Positions 1-9,267 of a stretch of 64,000 nucleotides of DNA are shown here, in pieces. The stretch spans positions 1 through 64,000 of the forward strand of contig CBDAFS010000049.1 of assembly GCA_965195285.1 (NCBI GenBank), in the 5' to 3' direction. How positions within the stretch are numbered: the stretch's first letter is position 1; the number at the start of each line of letters is the position of its first letter. Made by a program: the position numbers and the translations under genes. The DNA comes from an uncultured Aminicenantes bacterium. GTDB taxonomy: Bacteria > Acidobacteriota > Aminicenantia > UBA2199. The notes below the pieces were generated by a model. That model worked only from the letters and a program-made list of their open reading frames with translations, was not told the DNA's origin and ran no database searches.

Positions 1-1
1 G

Positions 2-244
2 TTTAAAACTTTTGGATGTCCGGGAGCCATTTCCACCAGCAGTATGATGACGGTTCTGGCCAAGGGGAAAACCATTGAAAATGCCAAGAAAATAACCGAT
101 GACGAAGTGGTGCGGGCCCTGGAAGGGATTCCGGAGCAAAAGAAACACTGCTCGCTCCTGGGAGTCACCGCCCTTCATGAGGCCATTCAGGACTATGAAC
201 AAAAAGTGAAGAGACTGAAAACGCTTCCTGCAGATCATTTATGA
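2..244 (+). CDS. nifU: NifU/IscU-type Fe-S cluster scaffold protein, 5'-truncated by the window edge
   Basis: Frame from nt 2 reads FKTFGCPGAISTSSMMT...KKHCSLLG, the conserved IscU/NifU_N FGC and KxHC motifs. Confidence 0.85.
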   Translation, partial: FKTFGCPGAISTSSMMTVLAKGKTIENAKKITDDEVVRALEGIPEQKKHCSLLGVTALHEAIQDYEQKVKRLKTLPADHL

Positions 245-290
245 TATCAGATGTGATGTTGCCAAAAGAAGATTTATATAAGAGAAAACG

Positions 291-1466
291 ATGAGAAAAA
301 CAGCGGCTTCTTCAAAACGGGTAGCTCAGATCCCTGAATCTGCCATTCACGAGATGACCCGATTATCCAAGCAATTTAATGATGTAGCGTTTTTATCCTG
401 GGCCAAACCCACAGCCGGTACACCGGACCATATCAATCAGGCTGCCATAGAAGCTATCAAAAATGGTCTCACCGGTGGCTATTCCCCCAGTGATGGATTA
501 GAGGAATTGCGGGTGGAGATTGTAAAAAAGCTAAAGCGGGATAATCATATTGATGCAACTATATCACAACTGCTGGTTACCATCGGCGCCATTGAAGGAC
601 TGGCAGCGGCGGTAATGTCGGTTATTGATCCAGGGGATGAGGTGATTTTGCCGACCCCGACCTATTCAACCCATATTCAGCAGGTTGTATTGGCTTCAGG
701 CAAACCGGTTCTGGTTTCTTTAATTGAAGAAGATGGTTTTTCTCTGGATATAAATGGAATAAAAAAGGCTATAAATCCAAAAACCAAAGCCATACTGTAT
801 TGCAACCCCAATAACCCCACCGGGTCTGTTTTTCCTGAGAAACAGCTTCGGGACCTGGCAAAAATTGCCCTGGAACATAATCTGATGGTGATTACCGATG
901 AGGCCTATGAATATTTTGTGTTTGATGATCACCACCATTTTTGTATGGCATCCATACCGGACATGAAAAAACAGGTGATCAGCTGTTTTACCTTTACAAA
1001 AACCTATGCCATGACCGGCTGGCGGGTAGGATATCTGCATGCCGATGAAGAAATAATTTCTCAAATAAAAAAGGCCCACATTCCATTTTCAATCTGTGCC
1101 CCGGTTGTTTCTCAATATGCAGCATTAGCTGCATTAAAAGGATCTCAAGATTGTGTGGTTGATTTTAAAAATCACTATCTGACGACTCGTAATTTAATGT
1201 GCGAGCGCCTTGACTGTTTGAATTCTATATTTGAATATCAAAAACCAGATGGTTCATATTTAATGTTTCCAAGAATTCTGCTGAAGCAGGGAAGCGATTC
1301 CACTACTTTTTGTAAAAATCTTTTAAAAGAAACCAGGGTTTCTACAACCCCCGGAATTGCTTTTGGCCCAACCGGAGAAGGTCATTTGAGGTTGTCCTTT
1401 TGCGTTTCTGAGGAAATGATAAATAAAGCCTTTGACCGGATGAACGTGTATTTCACTAAAAAATAG
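291..1466 (+). CDS. PLP-dependent class I/II aminotransferase (aspartate aminotransferase-like)
   Basis: NPNNPTG, DEAY and TKTYAMTGWRVG motifs, C-terminal RLSF. Confidence 0.9.
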   Translation: MRKTAASSKRVAQIPESAIHEMTRLSKQFNDVAFLSWAKPTAGTPDHINQAAIEAIKNGLTGGYSPSDGLEELRVEIVKKLKRDNHIDATISQLLVTIGAIEGLAAAVMSVIDPGDEVILPTPTYSTHIQQVVLASGKPVLVSLIEEDGFSLDINGIKKAINPKTKAILYCNPNNPTGSVFPEKQLRDLAKIALEHNLMVITDEAYEYFVFDDHHHFCMASIPDMKKQVISCFTFTKTYAMTGWRVGYLHADEEIISQIKKAHIPFSICAPVVSQYAALAALKGSQDCVVDFKNHYLTTRNLMCERLDCLNSIFEYQKPDGSYLMFPRILLKQGSDSTTFCKNLLKETRVSTTPGIAFGPTGEGHLRLSFCVSEEMINKAFDRMNVYFTKK

Positions 1467-1476
1467 AAAAAAATCG

Positions 1477-2793
1477 CTATTCCAAATTACGGTGAAATAT
1501 CTTAGATATAAATAATACACTGAAAATAGCTAAAAAAGGAATAGCCTGCATATAAAATCGTACGTTAAAGCTAACAATAAATAAAGCTGACAAATAGTAT
1601 CCTAAATATCCCATTAAGATTATGACCCCCCAGCCCCTTTTATATGAAATTATGACTCCCAATATCCCAAAAATAAAAAGAAACCATGATAAAAAAATTG
1701 AAATGTTGCTTGTATAAATTAAGAAATGATTTGAAACAGCCCAGCGTTGCTTATGAATATCTCTTGCTATGGAATTTGAATTTATAAGCCTTAAATAATT
1801 TGATACTTGATGATTTAGTATCTCAATAATTGATGTATCCTTTAAATACTCAAAAACTCTCTTTTTTGATAATACTTCTCTTTCGGTTTCATCCTCAGAG
1901 CTCTGAAAGTATCTCAAATAAACATATTTGTGACCTTCTTCTTGGATTTTTTTTTCAGGGATTACACTTGCTTCAATATTAACCCAAATGTTTGTTGATA
2001 ATGAAAAAAAGCCGTGATTTTTATAGTTATTGATTTTCTGCAAGGTAGTACATCCATAATAAGGAAGTATAAAAGCAATCAGTGTGACGATAAATTTCTT
2101 ACTAAAAATATTTTCTTTGTTTATTAGAATAAGTATAACCAACAAGATATAAAAATAGTATCCCGCAATACCTTTGGTAAAAGCTGCATATGCAAGTAAA
2201 AATGAAGAAACAATGAGGTATGAGGGTCTTTTTTTTTTACTATATAAAATGAAAAAATAGACACTCGATAAAATAAAGATATAATGAAGAAATTCTGGCC
2301 ATAATCCCTGAATATAATACACGACCCTAAAATTAAGGGTTATTAGGGCTGTTGCCATTGCAGCATAAAAATTTCTTAGGCCTAACGCTAAGCAAATCAA
2401 ATAAACAAAAATGCCTGATATAATAAGAAGTACCAAGTTGAAAAAACCAATTTTTCGAATAAATTTCTTTATTTGATAAGGGTATGGACGTTTACTTTTT
2501 CTTCTTTTTTTGCCCCAATAGAAGTTTTCTAATTCTTCAATAGAAAAAAATGGATAAACACTGTAGTTTAAAGGAAAAAACCACATGAATTTTAGATTTC
2601 CAGGAAGCAAATTTTTTATTTTTTGAATAATAGTATCTGGTTTATTATAATGAAGAATATAATGATTCTCATCATCACTTAATCCAATGACTGGATAAGT
2701 GGTTATAAAAAATGTTCCCAATATAATTGTTAATGTTATAATTATATAAATATATTTATGATTTTTTAAATGTTCCCCTATTATATTCATCAA
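1477..2793 (-). CDS. Polytopic membrane protein, probable GT-C fold glycosyltransferase (PMT/ArnT-like)
   Basis: 438 aa, many hydrophobic helices, N-terminal SDDE acidic motif, E(F)L and AFTKG segments, C-terminal RFY; very AT-rich. Confidence 0.55.
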   Translation of the reverse strand: MMNIIGEHLKNHKYIYIIITLTIILGTFFITTYPVIGLSDDENHYILHYNKPDTIIQKIKNLLPGNLKFMWFFPLNYSVYPFFSIEELENFYWGKKRRKSKRPYPYQIKKFIRKIGFFNLVLLIISGIFVYLICLALGLRNFYAAMATALITLNFRVVYYIQGLWPEFLHYIFILSSVYFFILYSKKKRPSYLIVSSFLLAYAAFTKGIAGYYFYILLVILILINKENIFSKKFIVTLIAFILPYYGCTTLQKINNYKNHGFFSLSTNIWVNIEASVIPEKKIQEEGHKYVYLRYFQSSEDETEREVLSKKRVFEYLKDTSIIEILNHQVSNYLRLINSNSIARDIHKQRWAVSNHFLIYTSNISIFLSWFLFIFGILGVIISYKRGWGVIILMGYLGYYLSALFIVSFNVRFYMQAIPFLAIFSVLFISKIFHRNLE

Positions 2794-3026
2794 ATTATTT
2801 TTGGTAAAGTATTAGTTTTTTCGTAATCATAATTGACGAGCAAGGAGATTCTTTTATAAAATTAAATTATAAGTGAAATAGGTTAAGTTTTCAATTACAT
2901 ATCATGATGTTTAGCAGGGGAGCCAACGAGTGAATGCGAGCCATTATTTGAAGATTTGTTATTAAATGTAGAGAAAAATTTATTCCACAATTAATAGGCA
3001 GGTTTTATATTATCTTTGTTGGTATT

Positions 3027-3401
3027 TTATTTATTGTTTTTCATTCCGTGATGTGATGCTACGGTCGGATCTTCTATGGATTTGAATTCTCCCGCTTTAT
3101 ATTTCCTGACAGCTTCTTCAACCGAACCGGAAACTCCGGTTATGATATCTATTCCGCTCGCTTGAAGTGTTTGAAAAGCATTCGGGCCTACGTTCCCGGT
3201 TAAAACGGCCTTTATACCTTTACTGGAAATCAATTGTCCGGATTGAATTCCGGCGCCCCCCATGGATTGGGCACTGGAATTTTCCATGGTCTCGAATTCC
3301 ATGGAATCAGGATCGATTACGATAAAATAAGCACAGCGCCCGAATCTTGGATCAACCTGTGATTCCAAGTTCTTTCCCTTTGATGTGATACAAATTTTCA
3401 T
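3027..3401 (-). CDS. NifB/NifX-family (dinitrogenase FeMo-cofactor biosynthesis domain) protein
   Basis: MKICITS...VDPRFGRCAYF...GGAGIQ...TGNVGPNAF; start re-called at 3401, ATGA overlap with the upstream gene. Confidence 0.85.
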   Translation of the reverse strand: MKICITSKGKNLESQVDPRFGRCAYFIVIDPDSMEFETMENSSAQSMGGAGIQSGQLISSKGIKAVLTGNVGPNAFQTLQASGIDIITGVSGSVEEAVRKYKAGEFKSIEDPTVASHHGMKNNK

Positions 3402-3784
3402 TGTTCTCCTCCGTGATCGCATTCAATTTTCTCTATACCATATCCTTTTCCCCCGCCTGGTTTACAGAGAGATTCACCTCCCTTCAAGGTACCCTCCAGT
3501 ATATGAGAAATCGTATCCTCGATTTTTCCGGTGATACCGACAATTTGCTGAATCTCATATTGATCGAATAAACCCATTGCCTTATTTCCCATTCCACCGG
3601 CAATGATACATTCGACGCCCATCTCCCTGAAAAATTGAGGTAAAAACCCCGGATGATGACCTGGATTGTTGATGACTTCCTTCTTGGCAATTTCATTGTT
3701 TTTAAACTCCACGATGGTAAATAACGGGCACCTGCCGAAATGGGCAGATACATATTCTCCATCTGTTGAGATGGCTATTTTCAT
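3398..3784 (-). CDS. NifB/NifX-family protein
   Basis: MKIAIST...SAHFGRCP...HHPG...IIAGGMG; GGAGG RBS upstream. Confidence 0.85.
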   Translation of the reverse strand: MKIAISTDGEYVSAHFGRCPLFTIVEFKNNEIAKKEVINNPGHHPGFLPQFFREMGVECIIAGGMGNKAMGLFDQYEIQQIVGITGKIEDTISHILEGTLKGGESLCKPGGGKGYGIEKIECDHGGEQ

Positions 3785-3840
3785 GATTTAATCCTCCTTT
3801 TTGCTTATCAAATTATCTATAAGCAGTAAATTTATTTTTG

Positions 3841-4296
3841 TTATAAGTTTTGGCATTTACCGCATATTCCGCAAAAGTAGCTGACGTGATTAAGGGTTTT
3901 GAAATTTTGTTTTTTCAGTAATTTTTTCTCTGTTGATTTAATCAGCTTGATTTCATCTTCGCTAAAGTCCGAATAATCAACAATTGATTTGCAGCTCACG
4001 CAAACCAGATGATGATGAAATTTGTCACCCTTTTTGTTGCTTGACAATTCATATCGTGCTTTTCCGTTACCAAATACATATTTTTGTAACATTCCCATTT
4101 GCTCCAATAAGTCCAGGGTCCGATAGACGGTTGTCAGTCCGATTGATGGATTCATGACATGGGCTTTTTTGAAAATATCTTCCACACTCAAATGTTCCTG
4201 TGTATCCAGCAGTATATCGATGATATTTTTCCGGGTAGAAGTCATCCGGGCACCGAAATCGATGAATTTATGATAGCATTTTCCTTTTTTGTTCAT
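3841..4296 (-). CDS. fur: Fur-family metal-dependent transcriptional regulator
   Basis: HLS, IGLTTVYRTL, HHHLVCxxC and C-terminal CxxC motifs. Confidence 0.9.
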   Translation of the reverse strand: MNKKGKCYHKFIDFGARMTSTRKNIIDILLDTQEHLSVEDIFKKAHVMNPSIGLTTVYRTLDLLEQMGMLQKYVFGNGKARYELSSNKKGDKFHHHLVCVSCKSIVDYSDFSEDEIKLIKSTEKKLLKKQNFKTLNHVSYFCGICGKCQNL

Positions 4297-4319
4297 GACC
4301 CCAATCTGAAAATATCTTA

Positions 4320-4342
4320 ATGAAAATGATAATTATTTTCAT
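4320..4342. promoter_or_regulatory. Fur box-like operator upstream of fur
   Basis: ATGAAAATGATAATTATTTTCAT, near-palindrome; core 4322-4340 matches GATAATGATAATCATTATC at 16/19. Confidence 0.7.
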
Positions 4343-4513
4343 ATATAAAAATAATACAAGTTTCAGTAAATGTCAATAGCCTTAATTACAGGGCCGCTTC
4401 ATACTGATATGAGTTAAAGCTTGAATGGGTTGGTCTTTGTGCATATAATCTATGTTTTCTGTGCATCGGATTTGGTTTGAAGAATGATTTCCCATTGAAC
4501 TATTTGATCCGGC

Positions 4514-4542
4514 TTGACATGAATGAACTTTTGATATATAAA
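4514..4542 (+). promoter_or_regulatory. Sigma70-type promoter of the P-loop ATPase operon
   Basis: TTGACA (4514-4519), 17 nt spacer, TATAAA (4537-4542). Confidence 0.6.
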
Positions 4543-4559
4543 TATAATTGGCTTTAAAT

Positions 4560-4578
4560 GAAAATGAAAACCATTATC
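4560..4578. promoter_or_regulatory. Fur box-like operator upstream of the ATPase operon
   Basis: GAAAATGAAAACCATTATC, 16/19 to the classical Fur box, lying between promoter and RBS. Confidence 0.7.
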
Positions 4579-4602
4579 TTTAATATGTTTTGAGGAGAAT
4601 CC

Positions 4603-5487
4603 ATGATTGTTTCAATAGCCAGTGGAAAAGGCGGAACCGGAAAAACAATTATTGCTACCTCTATGGCCCTGTCTATAGACCGTGAGGTTCAATTCATCGA
4701 CTGCGATGTTGAGGAGCCCAATGCTCACATTTTTTTGAAACCGGTAATCAGGGAAACCAAGAAGGTGTATATTCCGATTCCGAAAATTGATTCGGAAAAA
4801 TGCGACTACTGCGGAAAATGCCAGCAGGTTTGTGCCTATAATGCAATTGCAGTGATGCCGCCGGCAAACGGAAAAGAAGGACATGTTCTGGTTTTCCCCG
4901 ATTTATGTCATGGGTGTGGCAGTTGCACTTATTTTTGCCCCAAAGAGGCGATACATGAAGTACCGAAAGAAATCGGTGTAATGGAGACGGGCTTTTCCAA
5001 TGATATCCGGTTTGTTCATGCCCGGCTGAATATCGGCGAGGTCATGGCGCCTCCTTTGATCAGGGAAGAGATGAAACAGATAGTTTCCGGTCTAACCGTA
5101 ATCATAGATGCCCCTCCCGGCACATCATGCCCGGTGATTGAATCGGTTAAAGAAAGTGATTTCTGTATACTGGTTACCGAACCCACGCCATTCGGGCTGA
5201 ATGATCTGGTTCTTTCCGTTGAGGTTCTGAGAAAACTGTCCCTTCCTTTCGGGGTTGTGATCAACCGTTCTGATTTGGGTGACAGTAAAACAGAAACATT
5301 CTGTAAGCGTGAAAAAATTCCGGTATTGATGAAGATTCCTTTTAGAAGGGAAATAGCGGAAGCCTATTCCAAAGGGAGTCCGCTTGTCCAAGCGTTCCCG
5401 GAATATAAGAAGGATTTTCAAATGTTGTTAGATAAGTGCAGGTCACATAAAAAAACAATTCATGACAGGGAGGAAGTGCTTGATTAA
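4603..5487 (+). CDS. MinD-superfamily P-loop ATPase with inserted 2x[4Fe-4S] ferredoxin domain
   Basis: SGKGGTGKT, DCDVEEPN, two CxxCxxCxxxC motifs, DAPPGTSCP, VTEPTPFG. Confidence 0.88.
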   Translation: MIVSIASGKGGTGKTIIATSMALSIDREVQFIDCDVEEPNAHIFLKPVIRETKKVYIPIPKIDSEKCDYCGKCQQVCAYNAIAVMPPANGKEGHVLVFPDLCHGCGSCTYFCPKEAIHEVPKEIGVMETGFSNDIRFVHARLNIGEVMAPPLIREEMKQIVSGLTVIIDAPPGTSCPVIESVKESDFCILVTEPTPFGLNDLVLSVEVLRKLSLPFGVVINRSDLGDSKTETFCKREKIPVLMKIPFRREIAEAYSKGSPLVQAFPEYKKDFQMLLDKCRSHKKTIHDREEVLD

Positions 5488-6340
5488 ACAAATTATTGTC
5501 ATCAGTGGAAAAGGCGGTACCGGAAAAACGATTGTCACCGGTGCGTTTTCAGCCTTGGTCAAAAATAAAGTGATGGCTGATTGTGATGTGGATGCAGCCG
5601 ATCTGCATCTTCTGCTGAATCCGGTAATAAGAGAACGGCATGAATTCAGGAGCGGGCAAACGGCTGTGATTGATGAAAAACTCTGTAATCAATGCGGAAA
5701 GTGCATTGAAGTCTGTCGTTTTGATGCCATTGGGAAGGATTTTATTGTCGATCCGATAGCCTGTGAGGGATGTGCCTTTTGCAGTCATATCTGCCCGACC
5801 GGAGCCATTCAGATGAATGAGAATCTTTCCGGAGAATGGTATATATCAGATACCCGGTTTGGTCCCCTGGTCCATGCCAGGCTCGGTATTGCCGAGGATA
5901 ATTCGGGGAAGCTGGTTGCACTGGTTAGAAAACAGGCAGCAGAACTGGCTGAAGAAAAAAAATGTGACTGGGTTATCATTGACGGTGCACCGGGAATTGG
6001 ATGCCCGGTCATTGCTTCACTCTCTGGAATCGATTGTGCCCTGGTGGTAACCGAACCTACACTCTCAGGATTGCATGATGCAGACAGGGTAATCGGTGTT
6101 GCCCGACATTTTGGGGTTTCCACCAGATTGGTGATAAATAAATTCGATCTGAATAGAGGGATGACCAAAAAGATCGAAGAATACTGTAAAAAGAATGATA
6201 TAGAGATGATTGGAAAAATTCCCTTTGACGATTCGGTTGTGAAAGCCATGATCAGGGGAAAAACCATCATGGAATACGGAAATGGAAGCGTGAAAAAAGA
6301 TATTATCAAGATTTGGGAAAAAATTAAGGAAAGTCTTTGA
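5480..6340 (+). CDS. Second MinD-superfamily P-loop ATPase with 4Fe-4S domain
   Basis: SGKGGTGKT, DCDVDAADL, two CxxCxxCxxxC, DGAPGIGCP; TTG start at 5480 after GGGAGG. Confidence 0.85.
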   Translation: MIKQIIVISGKGGTGKTIVTGAFSALVKNKVMADCDVDAADLHLLLNPVIRERHEFRSGQTAVIDEKLCNQCGKCIEVCRFDAIGKDFIVDPIACEGCAFCSHICPTGAIQMNENLSGEWYISDTRFGPLVHARLGIAEDNSGKLVALVRKQAAELAEEKKCDWVIIDGAPGIGCPVIASLSGIDCALVVTEPTLSGLHDADRVIGVARHFGVSTRLVINKFDLNRGMTKKIEEYCKKNDIEMIGKIPFDDSVVKAMIRGKTIMEYGNGSVKKDIIKIWEKIKESL

Positions 6341-6356
6341 GAAACGGAAGTCAACC

Positions 6357-6836
6357 ATGATTGAACTGCCGGAGGGAATCAGCATAGAAGATGTTCCGAT
6401 TGAAAAAAGGTATAAGAGTGTAACCGCCGGACTGGTCAGAAGAATTAAGATTTTGTATGAAAGCATTTTCAATAAATACGGCGAGGATGGCTTGGAGTTA
6501 ATCCGGGAGGTGGGGAGACAGTACGGAAAAGAGATTGCCCAGAGGGTAAAACCCAGGATCAAAAAGGGAGATATTAAATCGGTTGCGCTTTATGTAATCC
6601 GGATATTCAATACCCTGAGGGGTCAAGGGAAAGTGGTTGAATTTTCCGATCAGCGGGTGGTCATCCGGGTGTGGGAATGTCCCTATCCCTGGGAAACACC
6701 GGAAATGTGCGAAGCCCATACCCAGATGGAAAAGACCCTGGTGGAATCATTGGGAGAGAATCTGGTTTATCGAATTTCCAAATCCATTCCCCGGGGGGAT
6801 GCCTACTGCGACCACGTCATCGAAGTCAAAAGGTAG
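6357..6836 (+). CDS. V4R-like / L-2-amino-thiazoline-4-carboxylic acid hydrolase-family small protein
   Basis: ECPY...MCEAH...GDAYC cysteine pattern typical of this fold; stop codon lies in a REP GTAG. Confidence 0.55.
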   Translation: MIELPEGISIEDVPIEKRYKSVTAGLVRRIKILYESIFNKYGEDGLELIREVGRQYGKEIAQRVKPRIKKGDIKSVALYVIRIFNTLRGQGKVVEFSDQRVVIRVWECPYPWETPEMCEAHTQMEKTLVESLGENLVYRISKSIPRGDAYCDHVIEVKR

Positions 6837-6860
6837 GGAACAGGCATGCCTGATCCCTAC
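6833..6860. repeat. GTAG-type REP palindrome
   Basis: GTAGGGAACAGGCATGCCTGATCCCTAC; family also at 9211, 9641, 11396, 13907. Confidence 0.9.
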
Positions 6861-6975
6861 TTTGGATCGAATCAGATCAAGAAAATAAATGAAATTAACC
6901 CTTGAAGGATTTAGAAGAGAAAGTTTATAACGTTATTCAGAATGAAGTGAAGATCCTTTTACGAATGGAGTAAAA

Positions 6976-7545
6976 ATGCCGGATGTTATGAAAAAATGGG
7001 AAAGAGAAGAAGGGGTTAAATTCCTGAAGAAAATCGGAATAAAAACCGGTCAGTCCATTTTAGATTTTGGGGCGCGTGTTGGTCATTACAGTATTCCGGC
7101 GGCAATTGCTGTTGGGAAAAATGGGTTAATTTATTCAGTGGACAAAGAGCAACAAGAATTGGATGAATTAAGCAGAAAAACGAAGCGTTTGAATTTGAAA
7201 AACGTAAAGATAGTGCGAGCGAGTGGAGGTGTTACACTTGATTTTAAAGATGAAACCATGGATGTTGTATTACTCTTTGATGTGCTTCATTACTTGAAAA
7301 AAGTTGAAAGAAAAAAACTATATAGTGAAACACATCGTGTTTTAAAACAAGACGGGTTTCTTTCTGTATATCCCAAGCATGTTATTGAAGACTCACCATT
7401 AGATCAGTTTAAACAGCTAAAATTGGATGACGTTAAAAAGGAAATCCAGGATTTGAATTTTAATTTTCAGGAAAAAAATTGTGACATGATCAGCCATGAT
7501 GATTTTCTCAATCCGGGTTGTGTGTTTAATTTTATTAAAAGTTAA
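6976..7545 (+). CDS. Class I SAM-dependent methyltransferase
   Basis: ILDFGARVG motif I, SVD acidic motif II, DVVLLFDVLH, VLKQDG. Confidence 0.8.
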   Translation: MPDVMKKWEREEGVKFLKKIGIKTGQSILDFGARVGHYSIPAAIAVGKNGLIYSVDKEQQELDELSRKTKRLNLKNVKIVRASGGVTLDFKDETMDVVLLFDVLHYLKKVERKKLYSETHRVLKQDGFLSVYPKHVIEDSPLDQFKQLKLDDVKKEIQDLNFNFQEKNCDMISHDDFLNPGCVFNFIKS

Positions 7546-7634
7546 AATGGTTATGAAAAAATGTATATAATATTAAAAAGTAGAAAAAGAACGTATCGCT
7601 GCGGTCCTGGCAGGAAATTAATTGGATATCTAAA

Positions 7635-8291
7635 ATGCTTAAGCTGATTTCCAAAGAGCTAAAAAATCATGCACCGTTCACTATTTTTGGTGCTATGACC
7701 GGTATCTTTATTATGATATTTTTTCATAAACTGCCGAAAGAGACATCGCTAAATATTTTTTATATACTCCATCCCATACATGTGGTTTTAAGTGCTCTTG
7801 TTACGGCTTCTATTTATGAATTCCATGAATGTGAACACGTTAATAAAAATTGTATAAAAGGAAAATGCAACTTTTGGGTTTTATTGATGATTGGTTACTT
7901 CGGTTCTGTTGGTATTGCCACTATAAGCGATTCGCTAATACCTTATTTAGGCGAAATCATATTAGGTATGCCTAATAAGGAGATTCATCTTGGTTTTATT
8001 GAGAAGTGGTGGTTGGTCAATCCGTTAGCAATTGTCGGGGTATTATTTGCATATTTCAAGCCAACAACAAAGTTCCCGCATGCCGGACATGTTTTGTTGA
8101 GTACCTGGGCTTCCTTGTTTCATATTTTAATGGCTATAGGAGGTACTGTAAATGGCTGGTCTTATATCATTATTTTTATATTTTTATTTCTTGCAGTATG
8201 GACACCCTGTTGCTTGAGTGATATTGTGTTTCCGCTCTTGTTTGTTAAAAAACAAAAAAATAGGATTGGCAATGAAAGTAGAATTAATTAA
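7635..8291 (+). CDS. Hypothetical integral membrane protein with His/Cys motifs (possible metal transport component)
   Basis: About 6 hydrophobic segments; HAPFT, HPIH, HAGH and CCLSD motifs. Confidence 0.5.
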   Translation: MLKLISKELKNHAPFTIFGAMTGIFIMIFFHKLPKETSLNIFYILHPIHVVLSALVTASIYEFHECEHVNKNCIKGKCNFWVLLMIGYFGSVGIATISDSLIPYLGEIILGMPNKEIHLGFIEKWWLVNPLAIVGVLFAYFKPTTKFPHAGHVLLSTWASLFHILMAIGGTVNGWSYIIIFIFLFLAVWTPCCLSDIVFPLLFVKKQKNRIGNESRIN

Positions 8292-8934
8292 AGAATCAGT
8301 CACAAAATGTTTAGATTCACTTCCGTCAAACGTTTTGTTAGTTGCAGCGGCAAAAACAAGAACACCAGAAGAAGTAAAGATTGCAATTGATGCTGGAGTG
8401 AAAATCATTGGCTACAACTACATACAGGAGGCAGAACGGATGTTCTTGCAAATAGGTCATTCGGTACAGTGGCATATGATCGGGCATTTACAACGCAATA
8501 AAGTCCAAAAAGCGATTCATATTTTCGACATGATTGAAACAATAGACTCAAAGCGACTGGCTGAATCAGTCAATAGACATTGTGCGGCAGAAGATAAAAT
8601 CATGTCGGTACTGATTGAAATCAATAGCGGCAGAGAATCAAATAAGACAGGAGTATTACCGGAAAATGTTGAGGCGTTAATACGGGAAATAAGTAATTTG
8701 TCTCATTTGAGGATTCAGGGTTTAATGACCATGGGACCTCGCTTTGGTAATCCGGAAGATGCCAGACCTTATTTCAAGGCAACAAAGGCTGCATTCGATC
8801 GTCTGAGTAAAAGTGGCATATCTAATGTAGAAATGCGCTACCTATCAATGGGAATGAGTAATAGTTATCAAATTGCAATTGAGGAGGGAGCCAATATTGT
8901 TCGTATCGGTACCAAATTGTTTGGTGATCGGTAA
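8272..8934 (+). CDS. yggS: YggS/PLPBP pyridoxal-phosphate homeostasis protein
   Basis: LVAAAKT (PLP Lys), WHMIGHLQRNK, GLMTMG, LSMGMS, VRIGTKLFG; start re-called at 8272. Confidence 0.92.
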   Translation: MKVELIKESVTKCLDSLPSNVLLVAAAKTRTPEEVKIAIDAGVKIIGYNYIQEAERMFLQIGHSVQWHMIGHLQRNKVQKAIHIFDMIETIDSKRLAESVNRHCAAEDKIMSVLIEINSGRESNKTGVLPENVEALIREISNLSHLRIQGLMTMGPRFGNPEDARPYFKATKAAFDRLSKSGISNVEMRYLSMGMSNSYQIAIEEGANIVRIGTKLFGDR

Positions 8935-8940
8935 CTGATA

Positions 8941-9039
8941 ATCAAAATATGGGGTCCCAACAATATCAAAATATGGGGTCAGTTCTTTCATTAAAGCATG
9001 AAGAAATGCAAATAATGTTATAAAAAAAGAACTAACCCC
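8941..9039. repeat. Miniature inverted-repeat element (GGGGTCAGTTCTTT ... AAAGAACTAACCCC) with duplicated left end
   Basis: IR arms at 8975-8988 and 9026-9039 (13/14 match); ATCAAAATATGGGGTC directly repeated at 8941-8956 and 8965-8980. Confidence 0.65.
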
Positions 9040-9081
9040 TTCTTCTACCAGAAATAAAAAAAATATTTTAGGTTTAAAAAA

Positions 9082-9110
9082 TTGAAAAAGTTTTCATTTT
9101 ACATTATATT
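9082..9110 (+). promoter_or_regulatory. Putative sigma70 promoter upstream of a structured leader and the RAYT gene
   Basis: TTGAAA (9082-9087), 17 nt spacer, TATATT (9105-9110). Confidence 0.45.
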
Positions 9111-9210
9111 AATATTGTCGATGCAGGATGATCACCATCCTGTACATATTAAGGGGCAGGAATAACATTTTAGGGTGTGGATACCACTATACCCACCGGC
9201 AGCAGCTTAG

Positions 9211-9239
9211 GTAGGGATCAGGCATGCCTGTTCCTTTTT
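9211..9239 (+). repeat. GTAG-type REP palindrome followed by a T-run (terminator-like)
   Basis: GTAGGGATCAGGCATGCCTGTTCC then TTTTT. Confidence 0.8.
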
Positions 9240-9267
9240 AATTCCGCATGTGTTTTTTTTAATTAGA

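Noticed and set aside
2905-2966. Integron attC site upstream of the AT-rich membrane gene
   Set aside because: No correctly paired RYYYAAC/GTTRRRY boxes and no integrase in the window
3027-3784. Nitrogen fixation genes
   Set aside because: Only generic NifB/NifX-domain and NifU proteins; no nifHDK in the window
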